A DNA stretch of 44,187 nt, filler included, from Jimgerdemannia flammicorona (Eukaryota), in assembly GCA_003990765.1 (NCBI GenBank). It is 2 parts of 2 records of this genome, joined end to end, with 100 filler letters (N's around TTAATTAATTAA, not from the genome) between each part and the next. Parts side by side here need not be neighbours in the genome. Positions count along the whole stretch, not along the records: positions 22,150 to 44,187 come from RBNJ01001345.1; 1 more part is not named here. One strand, written 5' to 3'. A program made the translations under genes and the position numbers. The notes below the pieces were generated by a model. The model ran no database searches. It saw only the letters and a program-made list of their open reading frames with translations, and was not told the DNA's origin. Positions 35,897-44,187 of the stretch are shown here, in pieces; the first letter of the stretch is position 1; every line of letters starts with the position of its first letter.

Positions 35897-38800
35897 CTAG
35901 TTGTTTAAGGACTCATATTCCTGAACTAGGTCAGTAGCATTCTGGAGGTTGGTCTTGGGTTCCCAGGTTGCATCGTGGATCGGGTAACCTTTCCATTTGA
36001 CAAGGTACTCGGAATGGTTCTTGTTACCACGTTTGTTGAGGATTTGTTCAACTTCATATTCTTCTTGGTCATTTATGATGACAGGTGCAGGTGGTTTGGT
36101 GGTCCGGTTTGGAAATAGCTTGTCATCATTGTCATTGTATCGCTTGAGACGTTGAACATTAAAGACTGGGTGAATCTTAATAGTGTCTGGTAGTGCTAGT
36201 TTGTAGGAGGTTGGAGAGACTTGTGCAATGATTTTGAATGGTCCAATAAACTTGCTGTTCAGCTTTGTAGATGGTCTGTGCTTGAGGTTGTCAACTCGGT
36301 ATCCTCTGATATCCAGTAGGACTTTTTCTCCAATGTCAAAGGTTTCTTCTCGGCGGTGTTGGTTAACATACTGTGACTGTTGTTCTTGAGCTCGGGATAG
36401 ATTCTCAATGGCAATCTGGCTTAAATTGCACATTCGGAGTAGGAATTCTTCAACTGCTTCAACTGTGGAGGGTTCTTCAGTGGTTCGGATAAGTGTCAAA
36501 GGGGTGTTTGGATTTTGTCCAGTATTGGCGAAGAATGGGGTCATTCCAAGAGAGGCTTGCTTGCTGTTGTTGTAGGCAAACTCGACTGCGGTGAGATGTT
36601 CATGCCAATCATCTTGTCTGTATGAGACATAGTTCCTTAGCATTTGTTCCAGAGTTCAGTTCATTCTTTCAGTTTGGCCGTCAGTTTCAGGGTGAAAGGC
36701 TGTGGATAGTGCAAGTTTCATTCCAAGGTGTGCATGGAGGGCTTTCCAAAAGTGGCTGGTGAATTTCGGATCTCGGTCACTAACAATGATCTTGGGAAGA
36801 CCATGATAGTGGAAGATGTTGTCAAATAAGAGTGTGGCTATGTCTGGTGCTGTTGCAGTAGTAGTAGTAGGCACAAAGTGAGCTTGTTTGCTGAGATAGT
36901 CCACAAAGACAACAATTGCATCTTTCCCGTTCTTTGTTCGGGGTAGTTGCATGATGAAGTCCATAGAGATTTGTTCCCAATTTGCAGATGGTACTGGAAT
37001 AGGGTGGAGTAAGCCAGGTTTTGCTAGTGTTGAGGACTTGTTTCATTGGCAGGCATCACAGGAAGTAATGTAGGTTTTGAGCTGATCTGCCATGCGGGGC
37101 CAATAGAAGTTTCGGGAGATAACTTCATAACATTTATCAAATCCTAAATGTCCAGCTGTAGGGGCATCATGATATTCGAATAGGATAGTCCTTCGGAGGT
37201 CTCGGTTGTTTGGAACATACAATCTGTCCTTGTAGTAGATAGCATTGTCCTTGAGTTGGTATTGATTATACCGGGTATGCTTGTCAGCATCATCATTGTT
37301 CAGGATTTCTCGGAGTGCTTGAGCTTCTTTATCATCAACATATGCTGCGATGATTTGTTCCATAATAGTGTTGGTAACCAAGGTCAGAGTTTGGATAACC
37401 TCTTCGATTAGTGGTCTGGAAATTGCATCGGCAACAATATTTTCCTTGCCAGGGCAGTACTGAATTTCGTAGTCAAAGTTGGTGAGGACTTTCATCCATC
37501 TAGCTTGCTTTCAAGAAAGGGTAGCCTGTGTCTTGATATTGACTAATGACTTGTGGTCAGTCAATACAGTAAAGTGTGCTCCTTCTAGGTATGGTCGCCA
37601 TTTAATCAGAGTGTCTACGATGGCTAGCATTTCCTTCTCGTGAGTTGCGTAGTTGATTTCAGCATCATTGAATTTGCGGGAGTGGTAGACCACAGGGTGT
37701 CCTTCTTGCATGAGTACTGCTCCAAGAGCTAGGTCAGAGGCATCAGTGGTAACTTCATATGGTAGGGCAGGGTTTGCCGCTTGAAGTACAGGTGTGGTTA
37801 TCAGGGCATCTTTCAGTGCTTGAAAGGTGGTATCTTGTTTGGGTCCCCAAGTTACAAGATTGTTGAAGTTTTTCTCTTGTTTCATGGTCCAGGGTTGTTC
37901 TTGTTTCTTACTGTGCTTAGTCATTTGGGTGAGGGCAGTAGCAATTTTAGCAAAGTTGGCAATGAATCGCCTGTAATAGTTTGCTAATCCCAGGAATGAC
38001 TGGAGGTCTTTCAGCTTCTTCAGTGTGGGCCAATCTTTGATTACAGCGATTTTGCTGGGGTCCACTTTGATTCCATTTGGGGTGACAATGTGTCCAAGGA
38101 ATTGAATTTCTTTCAGAAGAAATTCGTACTTGCTGAGTTTTGCAAAGAGTCGGTTTTCTCAGAGTTTCAGTAGTACTAGTTCAAGGTGTTCAAGATGTTC
38201 CTCCAGGGTTTTGCTGAAGACTAGGATGTCATCAATGTAGACAACAACGAATTTGTCCAGGTATGGATGCAGAATAGTATTCATCAGTGTCTGGAAGGTT
38301 GCTGGGGCATTAGTTAAGCCAAAGGGCATAACCAGGAACTCGAAGTGTCCATAGCGAGTTCGGAAGGCTGTCTTGTAGATGTCTTCTTCTTTCATGGCAA
38401 TTTGCCAGTAACCATTTCGCAGGTCAAAAGAGCTCATGAATTGTGGGTTGGTAAGTCTATCGAATATTTCATCAATTCTTGGTAGTGGGCAACAGTTCTT
38501 GATGATCTGTTCATTGAGGTCGTGGTAGTCAATGCACATTCGTAGGTCTCCTCCTTTCTTGACAACGAAGAGGACTGGTGCACCATAGGGTGATACACTG
38601 GGTCTGATGAATCCTTATTCTAGGAGTTCGTCAATTTCCTTCTTGAGTGCATCAATTTCTCTCGGAGACATGTGGTAGATTGACTTGAAGGCTGGTTTGG
38701 CGTCTGGGATAGTCTTGATGGCATGATCTACTGCTCGTTTGGGAGATAGGCCTTTTGGGAGCTTCTTTGGGAATATGTCTTGGAATTTCTGGAGTAGTGG

Positions 38801-41800
38801 TCTGACATGGCTGTCAACTTTGGAAAAATCTTCTTCAGAGTTCTCGGGTTCTCCTTTGGATGGTCGGATGGAGATGGTGAAGAGAGGGCATTTCTTGGCC
38901 AATTTCTTGAGTTGTAGCTTGTTGATGTAGGTGATCTTTGGTCCAGGGTCACTAGAATTGAGTGGGTCCTTTTCACCTTGTAGTTTGAAGTTGTGGCATC
39001 CTTTCTTGATGGTCAGAGAATGGTTTACCCAATCGATCATGGGGTTCTCTTGTTTTAACCATGGAGTCCCAAGGATGATTTCATTGTCTAGAAGTGGTAC
39101 AATTTGGAGGGTAACATGTACTCGGTAGTCACCAATTCGGAAGGGTAGATTGCGGACTTCTTTGCTAATAACATGTGAGGTTCCATCTGCTGTAGCAACT
39201 GCTTGAGTTTGCTGTACTGGGGAGGTGAAGACCTTGAGTCTGTTGGCTGTCTCCTCATTGATGAAATTGCCTGAGGCACCACTGTCTATTATAATCTTGA
39301 CAGGTGCTCCGTTGACAAAAGCCTTAAGGGTGAGCAGTTTGTCTGATCCAATGGTGGTGATTTCAGTTGTAGGAGCCTTTCTTCTGTTGGTTCTTCTTTG
39401 AGCTAGTTTGTTGACACAAGAGAAGCAATCATCAATCATTCAGGAAGAGTACATTCCAATACTATGAGGGCATTGGCCACTTGGTACATATCCATCTTCT
39501 ATCTTCTTGTAGAATTGTTCTTCTTTGCTCACAGTAGATTGGGCTGGGGCCTTGTTTGATGAGCCAAATCCTTTGGATCCTCGGATGGTGGGTAGTAGTT
39601 CAGGGACTTTCTTGACTGTCAGGGTTGACTCGATTTTTTCGAATAGGATCTGGGTGATGCAGAAGCCAATAGGGATCTTGAAGGGTGTCCAACTGTGATT
39701 TCGGATGAGGACAATGATTTCGCCTGTGTAATCTTCGTCGATGACTCCTCCTTCTACTGAGAGTCCTTTCAGTGCTAGGCTGCTGCAACAGCATATTCTT
39801 CCAACATGTCCTTCAGGGATTTGGATACTGATTCCTGTGTAGACTTGTTTGACTTCTCGGTTGGAAACTGTAGCTTCTTTGGCTGCATACAGGTCATATA
39901 TGGCTGCTTTTTGACTTCCTTTGGTTGGGGCCTTAGTAGTTTGTCTTAACTTGACAAAGTCTAGTGTTCTGGTGGTCAGGTTGTTGAGGTGGTGCAGAGT
40001 GGTGACAGTTGCTCGGGTTGCTGTTCAGGGTTTTCGGTTTGGGCAGACACTGGCCATGTGTCCTGTCTTTTGGCAATAGAAGCATGCTCCACTTCTTCGA
40101 AGTTCATTTCTTTCGCCTTCAGTAAGTTTCTTGAAGGTACTTGGCTGAGTGGGTTCATGATTTCTGGGTGTCCATGAGGTGGATGTGGAGGGAGCTCGAG
40201 ATGCTTCATGCTTGGGTTCTTCTTTCTTGGTCCAAGTCTTTTCCTTGTTGTTGAATTGCCTTTGGGGCAGAATTGGTCTGGCTGTTAGAATTCGCTTGAC
40301 CATGGTCTTGATTCTTGCCAGGCACCATTGTTGGTGGTCACAACCAACTGGGTGGCCTTGTTCTCGGATTTTTCTAGTAAGCCATTCAGGCAGGGTATCA
40401 AATAAATGGTCTGCTCTTGTACCATTTCATGCTTCATCATTGGCGATATATCCTAGGCTAACAGTGTTCAGGAGTGACTCGAGTTTTGTACAGAAGGTTT
40501 CGAATTCTTCTTTGCCATGTACATCAAATTTGAGGTTGCAGAGTTTTACTCAAGATTCAGCGATCATGGTTTCACTGCAATATTGAGCAATCATGAGTTG
40601 TTTGAGTCCAGGGGCTGCAGGATGGGCTCCATATCCTGGGCCATTGTTTGCTGCATTCTGGGCAACTACTGCAGGTCAGGTATCCCATGTGAGGGGTTTT
40701 TCAGGAAGGGTTCACCACCATTCTTCGGCAGGTCCTTGGAAGAATGTAACAACTCGGCGGACATAGGCTGTAGTTGTAGCAAAGAGTTGTTCCAGAGTGT
40801 AGTCTTGATTGTTTGTCAGAACGCGATCAGCAACTCGCTCATTGGTCCATTGATTGGCTTCAAAGTTGGTGTCAACTATGCTAATGAAGCTTTGGACTTC
40901 TTGTGCAGTACCATTGAAGGTAGGTAGGCTCAGATTTTTGGTAGGTTGGGTCTGTTCAGCTAAGGCAGTAATGGTTGCTGCCATTATAGCTACTTGGGCT
41001 GTGAGGTCTAGAATCTGTTGGTTCGCCATATTGATTGCTGGAGGTGGTTGGACTGCTGGTAGTGGTGTTACTAGTACTACTTGAGATACTGGTTCAGAGT
41101 GTGATGGGGTTCTTTGGGTCTGTGTAAGTTGCTGGAGTAGTAGTTGTAGATCTGGAGTGAGGGCTTGATAGATAGCTGTTTGTTGCTGTGTAGGTGTATT
41201 CTGTCCTGATGGGTGTGTGTCTCCTTCAGTGGTGTATCCGGGATCAAATTCGGTGAGATACTCCTTCTCTTCTTCGGTTTGGTCCCCGTGTAATTGGGTT
41301 TGCTCGGCGTCAAAGTAGACAGAATCAGTTGTATATCTGATTTCAGATAGACTTAATTCAAAGTCAAGTTCAGGTTTGGTATTGGTTTCAGATTCAGGTA
41401 GAGCTGTAGCAGGGCCTTCTTCAGGTTCAGGGTCAGGTAGTTGATGAAGGGTTTCTCTTGCTTCTTCTTTGAGGATATGGCGGGCCTTGCTGTTCTGGAA
41501 TCGGTAGTATAAGGCAGTCTTGGTCCTGGTACAGTGAAAGTTGGTAGAGTTGAGCCACATGGCTACAGAGGCTTGGGCTTCATGAGGAACTAAGGCTAGA
41601 AAGACTGCTGCTGGTTGTCCTAGGTCGCTCGGATTTGTGGAGCTAACAAAACTCTTGTTGAGAAGAGTAAAGAAGGCTTCAATAAGACCTTCTTCATCTT
41701 GACTTGCTGGGTGTAGTGCAAGGAGTTTGGTGAATAGGGTTTCACCTATTTGCTGGTTTAACTTGAGTACTTCTTTCTTTGAATGAAGTTTATCTCACTT

Positions 41801-41900
41801 GTTGTAGGTGTGGAGGTCAAATTGTCCTTGTATGTCAGGTTCAATTCTCTCTAGATTATCAGATGGTTCGGATAAATTCCAGTTCAGAGGTTGGGCTTTA
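35897..41900 (-). pseudogene. gag-pol: Gag-dUTPase-protease-RT-RNase H-integrase-chromodomain polyprotein, one frame with point stops
   Basis: LPTFNG, CFYCQKTGHMASVC (NC), dUTPase motifs, [93 protein letters not shown]. Start position approximate. Confidence 0.95.
39557..39965 (-). CDS. dut: dUTPase domain between the NC zinc knuckle and protease (missed by the ORF track)
   Basis: AAIYDLY (motif 1), GRICCCSSLA (2), GGVIDEDYTGEI (3), CITQIL (4), RGSKGFGSS (5). Confidence 0.93.
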
Positions 41901-41975
41901 TACCAACTTGTAGGAATTTGCAGAGGGGTTTATAGCGGGGTGAGGAAGCATCTTGAAGTGGAATTGGATTGTAAA

Positions 41976-41987
41976 CCACTACTACCA
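41976..41987 (-). promoter_or_regulatory. Primer-binding site, probably initiator tRNA-Met type
   Basis: TGGTAGTAGTGG 3 nt from the 5' LTR end; resembles the TGGTAGC.. of iMet PBSs after C>T decay. Confidence 0.6.
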
Positions 41988-41990
41988 AGT

Positions 41991-44054
41991 TGTAAGAGGG
42001 TTGCTTTTTAGGGTAACCATTACGTAGTTCTAGAAAGGTTTTCTGGATATTCTGGATGTTCTGGAAGACCGTTTTCTTATGGTCAAGATCAATTTTATAT
42101 AGAGTACATCCTCTATGCTTATTGATTTCAAGATCAGGTTGACGTCTCAACCAAAGTCCTTTTCCAGACTAGTTCTGGATGTTCAGGATTTTCCGTATTT
42201 CAGGAAGTTCAAGAAACTAAGACCAGCTTAGTTGAATTGGTGTATCGCTGCAGACAATACCCAATTAGGAAATTTCGTGATGGGGTTAGGAGTGGGACCT
42301 AACAGAGAGCAGATTTACTTAAGAGTAGTTTGTGGGTTATAGAATAGGTTTATTTGCTATTCATGATATTGCTATACTAGGAGTATTTGTGTGAAGGGGT
42401 ACTGTGGGGAAGTGCTCAGGAGTTGTGTTCGGATTGTTCAAGTCTGAGATTCTGAGGTCTGGGGGAGGGGGTATTTATACTAGTGAGGGGCTATCTGGAC
42501 TATGCTAGATATGGATGTAGCACTAAGTGCCTTGCTGAGTCGGAATGCAGTCATGTAGTACAAGTGTGATCTGATATGTCAAGAGATTGTCTGACTGCTG
42601 AGTCAGTTCACAGTCATGTCATATAATGCTAATCTAACTATACTATGACTGCTAGGCTATTTATGAGTTTAGGCACTGTCTGGGTAGTCCTCGATGACAT
42701 CACCATCGATTGCATCATCTCTGATGAAGTAGTCGTCTAGAAAGAGTGGTTCGCGGATTACTTCTCCTTGTTCGCTGAGGTAATAGTACATTGGAACTTC
42801 ATCTCCATCCCACAGGATAGTATCGTCTGTTTCGTATGCTGGATAAGGTATTGGTGGGCAAAGGATGGGTGTATTGTCTTCACTTTCATCGGATTCACTG
42901 TCTGCATACCTTCTATAGGTTACAGCACTATGAGTCACAGGGTTGTAGTAAGCTGGTGGCTGTGGTTCATGTCACTCGTACTCAGATGGTGGGGTTGTTG
43001 GTTCGATCTCTAGAGTTGTCTGGAGGTACAGATTGTGTTCTCTGGTCTCTTCATTGTAATTGAAGTAATCGGGGGTGAATGCGGGTTAGTATTTATACCA
43101 GTGGTCATTGTCCCAATAAGTCTCGTATGTTGTTATGAATTGTTGTAAGTTCATTGGCAAAGTTGGCAAAGTGATCAGGGTTGGCAGAGATCCTTGGCTA
43201 GAGGTCATGTCGGCATCAGAGGGATCATTGTCTTCTGCTTCATCTTCATCAAAGTGGATTATATCGTAGATGTCCTTCATGGTATATCCAACTTGGGGCA
43301 TTTGCAGGATTTGATCATTGGGGTGTAGGAAGGTTCTATCTGTGGTTTCGACGTACTCGAGGTACTTGTGGTTGAGTTCTTGTATCATGTTATCGATTTG
43401 GCCATAGGACAGAGTAGCAACCATTTCGCTGGTAGTAACTCAGAGGTGGGGAATAACGGTGCTATACTCATAGAAGAGTTCTCGATATTTGCAGGCAATG
43501 AGCTTCTGGTGTTGAGACATCTGGGTAATATCCGTATCATGATGATGTTCAACTATATCTTCCAAGAGGCGGCCGATCTGATAGTAGCTTGATATTTGTC
43601 TGATTCGGTGGGCCTCACTAAGCATGTTCAGAGCATTCCATTGGGCTTCCATGAAGTAGAGGGGTGCTAGGCTATAGATATTCATGAGGGGTAGAGGGGG
43701 TGTGGCTCGGTTGACAATGGCATTCCAAATGTCAGCGCGGATATGGTTGTAGATCTCAGTGGTCATGTTTGTGTGTTTGGAAGTTGTAGTTGTTGTTTGT
43801 TTTGGTTCTCTGATTCGATGCATCTCGGTACTCAGTATATATGCATTTGGTCCTGATTGTTAAGATTCCATTTGTGTAAATCTTGTGTTCCATGACTTTG
43901 TATTGACTCAGCTTTGTACACTGTAACTTCAGTTTGACTCAGCTTCGTGATCAAGCAGGTGATTTTCAGATTTGTTCAGAGGTCATGTGTAATTTTGGTG
44001 GCTTATTCAGAGGGTGATGTGTAATTTCGGTGGCTTGGAGGTTGTGCGCTTACA
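41991..44054 (-). repeat. 5' LTR (2064 bp) with an interrupted copy of the U3 ORF (42669-~43893)
   Basis: Colinear with the 3' LTR; TATA at 42472-42479; ORF pieces 43440-43823, 43086-43424 and 42669-42938 are all in one frame. Confidence 0.93.
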
Positions 44055-44187
44055 GGTACCTTCCCCCCTCTCAGCCAGCTCTCCAGTCCAGCTCCCTGCC
44101 GACCCCCCTTCACCTTCTCCGCAAAGCTCACCCTGCCAGACCCTTGACCTCCAGCTCTGCCCCCTCCTCCACCACCGCCCCCTGCCA
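44055..44187 (-). mobile_element. LINE ORF1 fragment, continuing beyond the window
   Basis: GGGGRAGGQGSGRVSFAEKVKGG matches RLTFTDKVR / PSFTDKVK of the other copies. Confidence 0.7.

Larger units (their letters stand above)
33429..44054 (-). mobile_element. Ty3/Gypsy chromovirus with dUTPase and ~2-kb protein-coding LTRs
   Basis: LTRs 41991-44054 and 33429-35469 (TGTAAG...CTTACA), PBS, PPT and a single gag-pol frame. Confidence 0.95.

Noticed and set aside
41884..42150. ORF spanning the 5' LTR/PBS junction
   Set aside because: Not in the gag frame, interrupted by a stop in the 3' LTR copy, and no recognisable motif.

Overview
Eukaryotic, most likely fungal, heterochromatin-like window made almost entirely of nested, C-to-T-decayed transposable elements; no intact host gene is supported. 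In order: (1) the right part of a hAT DNA transposon (1-5073) with a spliced BED-finger transposase pseudogene, two hairpins sharing a palindromic core, a divergent spliced passenger gene and 33-bp subterminal repeats, inserted into a LINE; (2) several copies of a G-rich L1/Tx1-type LINE, one full length with poly(A) and an 18-bp TSD (12141-17916), inserted in the integrase of an old Ty3/Gypsy chromovirus (8442-20933); (3) an artificial N/TTAATTAATTAA gap (22050-22149); (4) the 3' half of a Ngaro-type tyrosine-recombinase retrotransposon with a repeat-spacer stem-loop array and split direct repeats; (5) a second Gypsy 3' end; (6) a degraded LINE carrying a hAT MITE with a perfect 8-bp TSD; (7) a 10.6-kb chromovirus (33429-44054, minus strand) with gag-dUTPase-CHCC-PR-RT-RH-IN-chromo in one frame and ~2-kb LTRs that each encode a protein in U3. 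The U3 protein appears homologous to accessory ORFs that lie internally in the other two Gypsy elements. All alignments and translations were done by eye; no database searches were run.
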